Positions 48,901-62,200 are shown, numbered from the stretch's first letter. The stretch: DNA of 64,000 nt from Raillietiella orientalis (GCA_036172245.1 JAYWIR010000002.1:5456001-5520000), one strand, 5' to 3'. Notes: generated by a model from the letters alone, not told the origin. Numbers and translations: made by a program.

Positions 48901-51879
48901 GACTCGGATTTCAACACGCTTCTTGCAAAACACACACATCGCGGGGAGGACACAAATCTTTGCTCCGAAGGAGTGAACCGGAAGAAGCCCAAGGACATTT
49001 CATTCACCTGAACGGCGATACCCATGAAAAGAAGGAAAGTAAAAGGACAAGTGTTTACAAGACTTTCCATTAACAGGGAGGCACACCCGCATCGGTGCCT
49101 ACTACCCTATAACCAAAAGGACGAGGACCTCTTCCTGCACGTCCCACTCATCTTCGCCTACAGCTTTTGCGAAGGATTCTCCCCGACAGCAGCCATTTGA
49201 ATAACAGGAGAGAAAAGATGCCGCCCGTAAAGACAGAAGAGGGCGAAAATCCCACCGCAGTGTATTGCACTGCAAGAGGGCTGTTTCAGCATCACTCGAT
49301 TCCCGCTGCACGCGTGGACGTCGCCCGCAAAAGCATCCCGAAATTGCGTCAGCGCGCTGCACGGTTGCAACAAAACTGCACACGGAAGCCCTTCTTCATG
49401 GCACAGAATCGGGAGGACCGAGGTCCGAGCTACAAGACCACCAGCAACCGAAGGAACCGCTACCGTCCAGCGAAGTGCGGCAACCCGAGAGCCAACGACG
49501 CTCGTGGCTGCGAAGCGCCACGCTAGAAGGCGAAGTGTGTTTTTCGGCGCACAGACACACCAAGCGCGCATCCCGGGAACACTACCGAAGTCCGCTCCAG
49601 GAGCGCACGAACCCGCGGGAAGCGTTCTCCTGCAAACGCAAACGAGTGCCCGCGCCGCCGCGATCCCGGAACACGGTGAAGAAGACGCGGAGGGGGAAGA
49701 AGCACACGAACAGCACACTGTGTCGACAACGTGGCCAAAAGCACATACGCGCGCGCGCACATGACCGACAACTGTGGTCCCCATCCGGACACGTGGCGGA
49801 AAGAAAGGTGTGTGTTCGGACGCTCCCGAGCACCGGCCCATTCATCAGTTCGAAGCCCTCCGCGCTTCTTCCACAACCATGCAATTCCCGGAAAATAATG
49901 GAGCCGCGAATCGGACGCACGAAACCTTGCCACAAGGCTGCAGCAGTCGGTTGCCCATTAATCAGCAGAAATGATGCTGGAAATCGCCAACCCTTTAAGT
50001 GCACCGAATGCGCCCGGAAGCGTCCGTCGTCGACAAAAAAAAAAAGGCAAAAAGCGACGAACACGCGAACTTTGCGAGCGTCGCCGGAATCGAACGCTCC
50101 AGCGGATGGGATTCGGGGAAGCACATGGCGCCGCTGGCACCGGAGGACCCGACGCGAGCCGTTCCCCCACCACTTGCAAAAGGAAGCAACCGTCTCATTC
50201 GCCTCCACACACGCGTATAGCCCGGGCAACGTACACACGCCGCGCTCGTGGGAGGAAATCTTGGTACGTTTTCCCTTCTCTGCACTGACTGTACATGGCT
50301 GGAGGCATTGCTGGCACACACGTTGCACATCTCCAGCCGGCGATGCCGATCGCAGGGAACGACGACGTGAAAGTACTGAACACTTCGACGGGTCCGACAC
50401 AAACTGGCAACAGGAGGGTGTGCTCGCACGCACACACTATCGCCGCGTGCAAACACCAAACAGCCACTTTCGTTCGATAGCTGGCGCTTCGCGAGAGGCT
50501 GCCTTATCTCCCGAGGAACGAGATACTGTCTGCACCGCTCGGGTAACACACGGGATGGTAACATCATTCATCCGGATGGCGCTCGCAAGACGGCAAAGCT
50601 AATGGCATCTGTGAGGGTAACCCAAGACTACACGGGAAACGCAAAGCAGACGGGCGCCTGCCTGCCTCTCCTGCGGGCCCGACGCGGGAAAACGGGCGCG
50701 GGGTCGCCGGCGCTCGCTCGCCTCCTCCCTCGCAGCCACCGCGCACGAGAGAGGGCCGCGCAGACGCGGCGGGAAGGGACGGTCGGCAGTCGCGCGCGGT
50801 TCGCAGCGCCCGCGGCGGCGGACAACCGAACGATCTGCCCCTGGAAACGCGCGCGCTGCCCGCTGCTGCCCCTCGCCGAGCTCGGAAACGCCGCCTCGCC
50901 GCCCGCGGGTCTCGCCAGAACGCGCGCGCGCGCCCGGGGCGCAGGTACCGAACGCGTCGCGGCGGCTTCGGCGCTGACCCTCCGACCGAACGGTGTGGAC
51001 ACCATCGTCCAAGTAGTGAACGGCGCGCGCGCGCCGGTGAGGATTCCGCCACGGATCCGGTGGTGATCACGAGGGGTCGCGTCCTCCGTCCGCAGGACCG
51101 AGCGATGCGACGTGGCCTGCGGACTCGAAACCTCCGCGGGAGGACTGGGCGAAACTCCGCCCGCTTTCCCCGCGGGGCGGTGCGCACGCACCGCGGGAGG
51201 AGCGGAGACTCCCCGGAAGACGGCGGAGTCCCAACGCTCACTCGAGGAGGGGCGGTGGCGTTCGCCCGAAAGGCACAGGCCGAGCGAAGGGTGGTCGTTA
51301 CGAAGAATCAGTCAGGGATGCATGCAGCTGGCTCCAGCGTCCCGCCCGCTGCATCCAGGAACACCGCGGCAAAGTCGGCGGCGCGCCGACGTCGGCATGC
51401 AGGTCAGGGGCCGCTGCTGCTCGCCTCCTCCTCCTTCCCGCTTTCCCCCCGAAAGCACCTCTTCGTGGAAGACCTGCGATTTCCCTTGGCGAGGAAACGA
51501 TGGCGGACAGACATACGCATGCAACACGTCCGTTCGAGGCGCCGGAATGTACAGCAGCGTCACCATGGCTACCTAGCTTCGGCGTAGGACAGTTCTCAGC
51601 GTTCCTCGCGGGGAGCGTTCGTGTCCCTCTGCTGGCTTTCAGATGGGGACTCGATGGCCTCCTCCCGGAGTATCAGGGTGCGACGGAGGTAAACTGCAGG
51701 ATCCGAAAACACGCGAAGGGATGGTGAAAGGCAAAAGAAGAAGGAAAAAAAGGAGCAGCAAACGGACAGATGCCGCGTGTGCCGAGCTTCGAGAGTCGCG
51801 CAACGTTGACGTTATCGCGAACGCGCTCTGCTTGAGGTGCTGCTGAAGAACCGACCTGCGCAGCGGAGACGGAACTTAC

Positions 51880-52007
51880 GCCTGTGGGCACGTGATTTTC
51901 GTGGTCCTCGACCACCATCCGAGGCGTGCCCACTGCGGCCTATTCCACCCGCGCGCGGTCCCGCAGCTCCGAGCATTTCGATCTTCCTGGTCATTTGCAA
52001 GTGTTGT
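51880..52007 (-). CDS. Candidate internal exon of an unidentified gene
   Basis: CTCTCTCTTTCAG acceptor and GTAAGT donor flank 128 nt that are open in two frames (e.g. QHLQMTRKIEMLGAAG...). Confidence 0.3.
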
Positions 52008-52407
52008 CTGAAAGAGAGAGGAATTTAACTCCTCCTCCCCTCCCCCTCCCCAATAAATGTTCCTCGGGGCTTCCGATTCCAAGATTTGTTCCGAGATCAG
52101 CGATCCTGAATGCTTTAGAAACGATCGCCAACAGCCCTTGGTACTTCCTCGCGACTTCCTTATGCGTCATCTACTGACGGCTACCACCGACAACGGCGAT
52201 GCCACAGGAAAACCCGAGGCCCCAGGCGAGCCCCGCATTCTTCCTCGAAATGTGGGGCCGCTTAAATCTGGAAATCAACCGCGAAACCTACCGCAGGCGG
52301 GAGTAGCGACTCGTGGTCTTTGAGAACCTGTCGGATGACCATACGCTGCGCTAACCCTGTAAGGAACGGCTGACACAGGCCGAAGACTAAGGGATGTTTC
52401 TTCTCTA

Positions 52408-52439
<32 letters not shown>

Positions 52440-53489
52440 CTGCTGCTGTTTGAAAATCCGGAAGCAAAAGATAGGAGGGAGCTCAAGGCTTCTTAGGTCC
52501 GTGAGACGACCAGCGGTGTTTCGCGAAAATAGTCGTCGTTGAAAAAGCCCACGATAGATGTCAGAGCGTTCTTCTGGAAAGAGCAGCCGCTCCCTTTCAA
52601 GAAAACGCTCGGTTCGAGAGGGGAGAGAAACCCGGGGAGCGTCCGACTTTCCGATATCGGTTCCTGCTGATGGATGACCGAAACTGAACGCTTTCCGTTC
52701 GCTTCCTGATGAAAACCACATCCAGGGTACTTTTTAAAAAGGACCAACCAATTTTGCACCAGGCAGGTGCGCGCGTCCTCTTCTAACGTATAGCAGAGAG
52801 AAAGCGGCGCCGCTGGTCACACTGCCGCCAGGGGTTCGGTGTGGTTCGTTTCCAGAACGTTCTTGGGGATGCTGTTAACACCCACGTCTATGGAAGTGAC
52901 TGGGCGCGGTGCGTGTTGGAAATCACCGCGTCGACAACCAGACCGACAAATTCGGATCGCTGGTCCCGTGTTTATGAAACAACGGCTTGATTCGGAGGCT
53001 GGTGGATCCCCGACACGAAAAGTAGGGGAGAACAGATCGAGTGGCGCGCTATTCGTCGGCATTCTGCTGCCTCTTCGCCGTTGCTTCCTCAGTCTCCGTG
53101 CCGTAAATCTTCCGGAGGAAAACGTGCACCCAGCGCTTAGGCAACCGGATTCAGCCGGTGAAGAGGAAACGAATCTTCTGCGCAGTCATCCTCGGCGCCA
53201 GAAAACGCAGGCGCACGACGGCACCGCATTCCATCCCTCTGATTTGGCACCAAAAGCTTTCAAAGCGCATCCGTACATCAACTTTCGAAACCTACAAAAC
53301 CTTTGGGGTCGTGAAATTCGAATGGAAGTCCGGATGCAGACGCAAACAGCGGTTTCCAAAGGAAACACGGCAGCTGCATTCGCAATTTGCACGGAGGGGA
53401 AGAAGAAAAACAACACATCCCTGGCGCGTACGTCTTCAGCGATTTGGCTGAAGACGGATGCGTGTTCTCCTTGAAGATGCGTGCACGGA

Positions 53490-54368
53490 CCGGTCAGAAC
53501 TGCAGCTTGTTCAAAGGACGGTACACATCCATCCCGCAGGAAACTGGGTGGTTGGACCACGGGCCAGTTCACGGAGGCTGCAACCCCAAGTGCACCACCG
53601 AAGGGACTATTGTGCTGGGGTGAGCTGCTGAGAATCCCATAGGAAGACCTCCAGTGGCCCCCCAGCTCTGAAGAACAACCGGACCCTCCTCACCCTGAAG
53701 TGACAGGAGTCGGCACTTCTGCTGTTGCACTGGAACCTCCCATGCAACGCCCGCCGCTCTCACAGGATCCGGGGAGCTGTGGATCCAAACTGTTGCAGGT
53801 GCGAGGAACGGGAATCCCTCCCGCACCTGCTCGTGGACTGTGTTGCCCTTCGATCCCTGTGGTTGCGTTACGCAATGGCCCTTGGTGCAACCGACGGACA
53901 ATCCCAGGGACGCGTCTTCATGCGCCATGCCATCCGCCTGCCGCATCCCCAGCAGCTCTTTGCTGCTGCCTACGCGGGATTGTGGCGGCTTGGAGCTATG
54001 CGAGAGGAGGACGGCGCGATAGGGGCGCCATCTGCTTCGCCCTGCGCTTCCTGCGGACGGCAGCAAGATGTCCCCACCTGGAGCATGCTCGGATGGAACT
54101 TGCCGGCATCCAGGAAAGGATGCAGAGGACGCCTTCCAGCTCCCGCTGATCCCTTCCCTAACTCTGCCAATTTTTTTCTGTACATATTTCTTTGCTTTAT
54201 TTTTATTTTTGTTTGTCCTCTTTCCCTCCGCTGCCGAGGAGAACGTCGCCGGCCTGCGTGCCGGTCACTCGGCAAGTTCCGAGCATTTTCGGACAATGTA
54301 GGGCTGATGGCCCTACACATGTAGGTTTATTTTTTGTAATAAATGTCCCGGAGTGACCGGGTGACAAA
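53490..54368 (+). mobile_element. 5'-truncated L1/Tx1-like LINE 3' end (zf-RVT, C-terminus, structured 3' UTR)
   Basis: DPNCCRCEERESLPHLLVDC, ALCCCLRGIVAAWS, stop at 54149; UTR ends AATAAA + hairpin, homologous to 22334-22550. Confidence 0.8.
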
Positions 54369-54428
54369 CCCATGCCGCAGCACAAGGCCTCGAAGCCACG
54401 GAGGCAAACGCGCCGGTAGCCCTGCGGT

Positions 54429-54472
54429 TCTCCCGCGGTCAGCGCATGGGCTTGAAAGAGCAACCGACAGCC
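54429..54472 (+). repeat. 44-bp dispersed motif, copy 2
   Basis: 44/44 identical to 45218-45261. Confidence 0.9.
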
Positions 54473-55939
54473 ACGGGAAAATGTACGATGTACTTTCTCG
54501 AATAGTCGCATGTACTATTCAAGCAAGCCGATCGTGTTGGGGGCAGGGGGGGAAATATGGAATGCCAATGCTTACCCTGAACTTGAAAGCTGCTTTAATC
54601 CCGATGGCAGGCTGACTTCGACTCTGCAAGCACATCATTTGCTTACAAAACAAATACATATGGAATCGCCATTGCAGTCAAAGAGAGGAGGAGGAAAAGA
54701 GCGCAAGCGGAACGCAGAGAACAACGCATTTCATAACTGCAGCGATCCCTGGTTGATGATCTTAAAGTCATCCCAGGCAATCTTTTGAGGGAAAACCGGC
54801 AGCGGCTTCGCGTTCCATTCGTCACGCGTCCGCAAGGCATCCATTCAATCCTGTCCACCAGGCGGACACGAGGTCAGGTACCACCGACAGAGCAGCAACA
54901 GGAGGACGTCTGCGGCACACAAACTGCAACGGGGAAGGAATCCCACAGATGAACGGGGAACTCAGCGTGCAATACATCACGTTACCGTGCACGTCACGAT
55001 GCCAACGTGCACGCAACCCTCTGACATGGTAAAGCCAGAGGAACTATTCCGGCACGCGTTCCTCTGGCATGGGAACGAGTGGCCCGGTGGGACCACTAGA
55101 CCACTCTAAGGACGCACATCGCTTCGGTCACATGCGCACGTTTTGAGATGGGTGCATTCCAGGACGCTCACTCGGAACTCGAAATGGGCAACTCCATTGG
55201 GGCTTTGCTTGGGGGTCGCACGTGTCATGTTGGCTGAAGGAGGCGCTAAAGAAAGTAGGGGCGCTGGAGCTGTGGTTGACTTTAAAAGCTTAGGCGCACG
55301 AGGTCAAGGTCAGCAGAAGGAAGGACTCCACGCGCTTGCAGGTACATGAATCCCTGCTGCAACGCGTTCGGCTCCCACTGGAATCTCGGGGGGAGAGCAG
55401 CTGCCGAAAGTCGACGCTTCAACTGAGGTCGATTGAGCGATCAGTTTGAGAACGAGCTCCGAGGCTCGATGGACCACAAGTTGGGCGTCTCTGAGTAGCG
55501 GTCGCGGAGCACCAAACTGGGAAGCAAAGCCGCGAAAGACTGGGGTGGGGGGGGGTCCCAGCTCCTGAAGAAAAGGCGGGCTAAGATCTCAGCAGGGACT
55601 TCCCGTTGCTTCATCGGAGGTGCGACGGCGAAAGCACCAAACTGTCTCCTCGCTCTTCGGCTCACAAGCGAGGGAGGATGCATCCACGAACCAGGAAGGA
55701 TCAAGGCTCGCAAGTGTCCAGCTGGAAGGGCAGCAGGACAGAATTTCGCACGAAATTACCCGAGGCAGGCGAAAAAATCGGTGAAGCTTCAGGAAGACTG
55801 TCCTAACAGACGACTCGCGCTCCTGCAGGCACCGTGTGCAGCCGCGGTAGCTGCTCACAGATGGAGCGCCACCGAACATGAGACCCCGGAAGCGCTTTGG
55901 AGAACTTCTGGTACGCGAAACTTGGAAGGAGGATGACCC

Positions 55940-56620
55940 GCGTCAGCGGCCATAGCTGCAGTCTCCGCGGGCGTGTCGCCAGGCGTCACGGGTTCGAATT
56001 CCGCCCGGGAAGGAAGAAGGATCGACGCCGAGAAATGAAGGGTGCGCCGTGGGTTTTGAGCCTTCCCCTACATACACAGAAGGACGCTGGTCGGCCTTCG
56101 GGTGCAGCACTGGGGGAAGTTGGAAACCTCCGGATGCCCCTCCATGACCGGCCTTCTGGATTGGAAATTGACCCTCCGGAGCCCTTCCAGGACATCAAAA
56201 AGCCGGTTCTCCTCGGGGTTCCCCTCCGGTTGCGGAAAGGGAGCCGTCCCCTCCCCTCCATCTCGTACCTTGGAGCTGGTGGATTGGTACTTAGCCCCCC
56301 TCCCCCAGAGTGTCAACAAGGGCCTCTCTTCGGGGAACCATCCTTCAGAGAAATTCGAAAACCAGGAGCGTATTCTTTCCGGGTTCCGTCCGGAGAAAAA
56401 ACAGGAGCAGCCCCCGCAAACTGGAGTCGGCACGCACCACCCGGGGCAACGTGGACAGTGTGAAAGAACTTCGTGAACCCCCGGGGGAATGGTTTTTCGG
56501 TACTCGGCGAACCAAAAAGGGCACCGCGCGATGAGGGCGCAGAGCGGTCGACCTGCCCTGCGTTCTGGGAGCAGGTCTTCCGCCGCCTGCTCCTTTCCTC
56601 AGCGAGAAGACCTCAAGGAA
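55940..56620 (+). mobile_element. tRNA-like head followed by LINE ORF1-like relic (copy 2)
   Basis: B-box GGTTCGAATTCC (55991-56002), shared GAAGGATCGACGCC, GAALGEVGNL..GVPLRLRK..PPSRTLELVD, and degenerate knuckle-like DEGAERSTCPAFWEQ. Confidence 0.6.
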
Positions 56621-57844
56621 ACAGCGGTGGCAACGGCGTCTCGGGAAGTTCCCGGAAGACGAACCGAAACCTCCGGAGCACGGGGGAGCACGTGCGAACA
56701 GGGCTGCCAAGGGAGGCACCTTGACTTTTGTCCGAGCCGAGTCGGGAATGCCGGGCGATTCGGCGAGGGGTCGCCGTCGTCCTCTGTAAGGAAGGTCGCG
56801 CGGGCAGAAGAGGGACAAGGAAGCACTTCTCCAGGAACGAGGGACGGATGTAGGAGAGGGATGGGGGAGGAGAGCGTGCAAAAGCACGAAGGGCCGCAGG
56901 CAGTGAGGCCCTTCGCAGGCGAACCGCCAGATGCAACGGAGGAGGAGATTTCCCCCGGACTTCCGGGAGTTTCCCGGCAGAGGTGGTGAGGACTTCTGAG
57001 TCCCGAACGGTCGAGATGTTTCAAGGGATGAACTCGACGCGAAAACCAGGAGAGGCTGCCTGACCGACGAGCGCCAAAAGGAATCCCTGCTGGAGATGCC
57101 TTCGTTAGTGCAGATGGCAACGCAGCATCGACGTCAGGAAAAAAAGGGAGCCGCAGAAAGGAAGTCAACCGGTCTCCGCGCCGTCGTGACGTCCATTACG
57201 GGAATTTTGGCCTCGGATGGGATAAAAGTGCCGGATGGGTGAGGCAGCTGGGGCTGCACGCGAAGGGAATGAAACGCGGATCCGGGGGTCTTTCCGCGTC
57301 TTGGCGTCTCCTCCCCTCCATCCGAATGAAACGGGAATGCAAGCGTTGGCCAGATGCGAGGTGGACCTTGGCGGGCCCGCCTTTGAATTTCCCCGTGCAC
57401 CGCGCTGGGGGAGCGGGGTGGGAGCGGGGAGGGGGAGCGAAACGGGGAAAGGACGCACGGTCGCGTGCGTGCGTGCGTTCCCGTAGCAGCGTTTGGCGAT
57501 TCAAAAAGGAAAAAAGGCGGGCGAGCAAGAAGCACCCGGAAGCGAGAGAATCTCCATGCAGGAGGCATTAACTCTCCTCCCAAGTCCGCAAACTCGTAGA
57601 CCAGCAAGCCATTTCCAAGTCCCCTTGCGTCCCTTCCTTGATTAAAATCTCTTTAGGGAAGGCTGGACGATGCTTCGCATGGGGAAGGTATAGGATCAGC
57701 TTCCAAATTGATTGCGAAACGAAAACCGCCAAGGGATGGAAACAGCGCCGTAAACGCGAAGAGCGGCGGGAGGCGGAAGCTCCTGTTGCAGTGGGACACG
57801 CTGCACCCAGGCATCCGCGAGGTAAACACGGACAACCTTGGGGG

Positions 57845-58088
57845 TGTGCGTGTGAGTTTGTCTCTGTGTGAATGCGTGCATGTGCGATGTGTCTGCGCTC
57901 TCTCTCTCTCTCTTAATGTGTATGTGTGTGCGTCTCTGTGTGTGTATGCGTGTCTCTCCGTGTGTGTCTGTGTCTGTCTCTCACTGTGTGTGTGTGCCCT
58001 TGTGTGCGTATGTCTGTGTGTGTATGCGTCTCTGTATGCGTGTGTGCATCTCTGTGTGTGTGTGTGCGCGCGCGCGCCTGTGTGTGTG
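57845..58088. repeat. Compound (TG)n/(TC)n microsatellite
   Basis: ~240 bp of interrupted TG/TC dinucleotides. Confidence 0.9.
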
Positions 58089-59370
58089 CCAGGAGGGTAG
58101 CCGAGTTGCTGAAGAACCGTCCGCGCCCACTTCGCTGGACCTGAATACGCGCACGGCGAACTCACGTCGTCACTCCCGCGAGATTCCCTGATTTCAAGTG
58201 AAAATGGGCGAAAACAAGGAGCAGTTCCCGTGAAGGGGGGAAAGGGGGGGGGAAATCTGGGATGCGGAGCGAGGAACCACCCGACCGCAGGAGGAATGAA
58301 TCAAGCGACCCCTTTCCGGAACGTGACCGAGGGGGAGTAGGAAGTCGTTAGGTCGTCTCCGTTCCTGGAGAACCCTTTCAAGGGTGTGCGCCCTGCACGC
58401 TTCCGCAAGTGTTGTGCCCGGGCGCATTCCTCCTGCAGTCGGAACGAACAGGCCCCAGAACGCTAGTGGCCCCAGGCTCTGATCCGAGAGTCCCTGCAAA
58501 AAAGCTCGCCCGAGAGAAACCGGCGGCACGGGTCACTCCATGCTGCGCAGTGCCGCACGGCAATGCGAAAGATCGCCCTCACGCCACTTTCGTTCCGAGG
58601 ACGGGCAGCGCAGGCGCAGCTGCGGAAACGTTGGAAATGCGCTCGGCATGGGAGCAGCACTTCCTCAAGGGAGCGCAGCGGAAGCTGGATACGTTTCCAA
58701 GTTACCGGGTTGCTCAAGAGAAATCGGGATCGGCCTTCTTATCCAGCTGTGCTGCATCCGGAACGGGAAAAGGCGCGCGCGATCCGCTTGTTTGACGGGT
58801 CATCTGGGGGCAAACGAGGAAAAGGCGCGCGCGCGCGAAAGTGAAATCCCCCATGGGGCACCGCCATTCGGTGGCGCAGCGCAGCGGAAAAGAAACGCCT
58901 CCTCCGCGACTTGCGCCGCGACGGTGGGCGCCCGCGCGACCGCCACCTCAACCCTCCTCCGCGCGGGAGCTCCGGTCAACACGGGGGTTGGGTAGTGGGA
59001 AAACGCCAGGAGAGCGGTCACAGGAGCCGCCTCGGGCGATCGTCCTCAGAGACGGACCGCTCCCGAGCTGCTCACCAGCTCGGGCCACAAGGGGTGGTGG
59101 TGGCGCGCGGAATCTCCTCACCCCCTGAAGACGGGGTGCAACCTGAGAGAAAAATCCCGCGAGGGCAAATAAAAAAAGTAATGGTGCGCGCGTCCTTGCG
59201 TGCGGCATCCACTTCCGGTCACCGCGCGCTTCAGTGGTCTACGACTGGTCCCGTTGCTAAAAGTCCCGAGTACGAGTTCGGAGCCCTCGCTTCGCCGAAC
59301 GCGTGCCAAAGAAGTGTCGCTTGCGCGCTGGACCCTGCCCTGTCGTGCGGGATGGGGTGGCTGTACGTAC

Positions 59371-59464
59371 CTTCCTAAGGCAAGAAGTCCCCTTCTTCTT
59401 CAAAGCGCCAATGGCGTTCTTCTTGTATTCCTGCTCCAAGCGTATGAGCTGCTCCTGGTAAACC
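59371..59464 (-). CDS. Candidate internal exon of an unidentified gene (VYQEQLIRLEQEYKKNAIGALKKKGTSCLRK)
   Basis: Pyrimidine tract plus TTTCAG acceptor, AAG|GTACGT donor, open helical-looking peptide; no family recognised. Confidence 0.4.
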
Positions 59465-60849
59465 CTGAAACGAGAAGAGGAAGTAGGACCATTGGAAAGG
59501 AACCGCTCCCGATTCTTCCAACCCCGTGCAGTCTCCGAGGAAAAGGCCAAGCGTTTCCTTGGAAACGAAAACGGACCCAGACCACGCAGAGGCCGGACTG
59601 CGATGCAGAACTGGGCAGGGGTTCGATGCTGCGAGTAATTCTTGAATGCAAGCGGACTTTTCTTGTTCTTCGTCCCGTAGGGGTTATTTCACAAACAATA
59701 AGAAGGTCGCGTCGCATCCGCAGGCAGGAAGAAGGATTTTTCCTGCTGCGGACGCAGCACGACCGCGCGTTTCCTCCCCCCCTTGGAAGCGTGACGGTTA
59801 GGAATGCGAACCGCGAAAAGGACGCGATTCCCTTTCGCAGGAACCGCTTCCCACTGTCCGCGGATTCCCCGGGATCTGCAGCCAGCACGGCACAGCAGCA
59901 GCAGCAGCAGCAGTGGGACGCGGACACCGTTCCTCGGAGGGCAAGTCTCTCGCCACTACAAGAGTGTCCGGTAGGCACGCGAAACCACACAAACCCTCGT
60001 GTCTTCATCAAGTGCAAGAAGCGCAACTGCTAAGAATTTTGATTTTTCTTTCTTTTACCAGAAAAACATCTTAGAAAACAATCTGAAGACTTTTCGAGGG
60101 GTGGACGTTTTTTAAAGGCAAGTTCGAGGAGTCGGCCCAACTCCCCACTCGTTCAGAAGGAAATGGACAGAAAGCCACGCTCCGTGGGTGCTTCAAGGAT
60201 CAAAGAGAAGATTCTCGAAAACATGGCCGCTTCGTAAACGCGGTGACCTTCTCCCCCTCGAATCGATCGAGTCTGAAGGAGGGGGGCGGGAGGGCGAAGT
60301 ACATGCCAGCTCTTGCGAAAACCTTGCACCTGGATTCACTCCACGTGGCGTCATCCTTTCCTTTCCCGGAAGGCATAGAAATCGAATAAAACTGCACCCA
60401 TGACGACAGCACGGCTTTTTTTTTTTTTTTTCTCCTTTTTCCCACTTAAACTGTGCAGAGGGAATGAAGGCAGCGTCTCGCTATGCTGAGCACGTAGCGT
60501 GACCTCTTAATTATCGACAGCAGTTGACGGAAGATCAGACGTTTGCAATCCGCTCGTTCGAATTTCAGTTGATGTAGGGGCCAATGCTGAAGAAAGAGAA
60601 AGAAGAAGGGAAGCGACGTTTCCCTGACTGGTTGGTCGCGATGGATCCACTCCTTTGGAAATTCGAAGTGGGATTTACGGACTCTGAAGCACCAGCATGC
60701 AGAAGAGCGCACCAGCCGGCGGCGCTGCTGCCGACGGCATTTTCACCGACTACGATCCCTCTTGGCTGGAGGCGGGCCCATGGTCCCCACCCACCCACCC
60801 ACCCACGGAAACCACCTTTACCACCCGGTAGCCGTCGTCCGCCGAAAGG

Positions 60850-61075
60850 AGTAAAGCGAAAGGCGCGGCAGCCGCTGCATCCGATGATCGGTTCGACTTG
60901 GCCCTTTCGCGGTCCCGTCCTGTCCAAACCAGCAGAAAGCTTCACGGTTTCTCAGCATATTGTGACCACAAAGAGCGCTCTTGTGTGTCGAGAGAGTTGC
61001 GCCATCAACCGAAAGAAAGCACTGCGGAGCGTGAGAATCATCAAGCAGGCGCTCGACTCCACTCGAGTAGAATAA
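60850..61075 (+). mobile_element. Possible RTE-like LINE relic
   Basis: KSALVCRESCAINRKKALRSVRI (cf. RPVLLYGSETWTLTKK..RLRI). Confidence 0.25.
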
Positions 61076-61876
61076 TTTAGATGACTCTTTTACTCTTAGT
61101 CTGATTCGGCGCCGAAGCAGCACGTCCGTCCGCGCCGTTACCCAACAGCGCTGGGAGAAGAATTCTTCCGACGGATTGCAGAGACAACGGATGGCCAGCA
61201 GCGACGCAAAATTACATTGGGTTGCACATTTTTTGGGTGCTGCTGTTGTTTTTTGAAGCATCGCTGCTCGTTACCGTGGTCCCTCGGTACTCGTCGGTAA
61301 CCCGTTCCGGGACTCGTGACGAGTGCCGAACGATTTTTTCATATAGCCATGATTAATGCTTAAAATGCACACAGACAGCACCACCAAAAAAAAAAAAAAA
61401 GAAGATGGAAAGTGTTCGGCACTGTTCGCGAGCTACCAGGAGACGAAAACGTTCACTTTTTTCATCAGGAGAGTGGGGTGGTGTCGAGTTCCGAGCATGA
61501 GTCGAGTGTCGAAACATTTTTTTTTTTTTTTTTCCCCTCGACAAAATGAGACGAGTACCGAGTTGTACGAGTCCCGACACCCTCGATGTTCTTGACTGGA
61601 ACCACAGCGTGGGTGCAAATCAAACACGAGTTCGAGGTTCATCCAGCGGTGAGCAGGTAAGGTGGTAAGATGGCGCTTTCGGTTCGAAAAGGTGGAAACG
61701 CGACTGGAATCGGAAACCTGTCCTTCAAATCGACCTCGGCTCCACCGACTTTTGAGTGCCGCTCGGTCAACCGCCAGAGTAGCATGATGCAAGAGATTTC
61801 GCCTTTTCACGTGCGACTCACTTCGTCCACCCCGAGGAGATTCTGTCCTGATAGCAGGCGATCCTGAGAGCGTGGG

Positions 61877-62200
61877 TTGTGCCCAACTTGGGAGGAGGAT
61901 GCTCTTCTTGCGAGCCAACCGTGGGATCGCGAACCGTGGGTCCCGCCGGAACGCTGCGTTCAAAAAGGTGAAATTCGTGCGCCGTCCTTCACCCCTCGCA
62001 TCTCGAGATCCACCGCGCAACAAGGTCGGATGCAGTGGATGCGGAGCTCGCTCCAAAACCGCTTGTTTTTCTGTCGCCGATTTTATCGCACCATGCGGGT
62101 GACCAGTGCTGTCAAGCAAAGCAAGAGATACAATCTCGTCAACCGCTGCCACGGAAACGGCGCCACGAACCCGGGACAACACACAGAAGAACGTATCTGA
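61877..62200 (+). mobile_element. CR1/L2/Jockey-like RT relic
   Basis: VPPERCVQK..MQWMRSSLQNR..VTSAVKQ (cf. VPHERLLQK..LQWIRSFLSNR..VTSGVPQG). Confidence 0.5.

Noticed and set aside
54157..54172. CCCTAACTCTGCCAAT resembling the 5' strand of a twister ribozyme
   Set aside because: The downstream twister core and closing helices are absent, and the motif is not conserved in the sibling copy at 22.3 kb
61405..61419. 15-mer ATGGAAAGTGTTCGG identical to the start of the 42338 exon
   Set aside because: A few 15-mer matches are expected by chance in 64 kb on two strands, and the match does not extend
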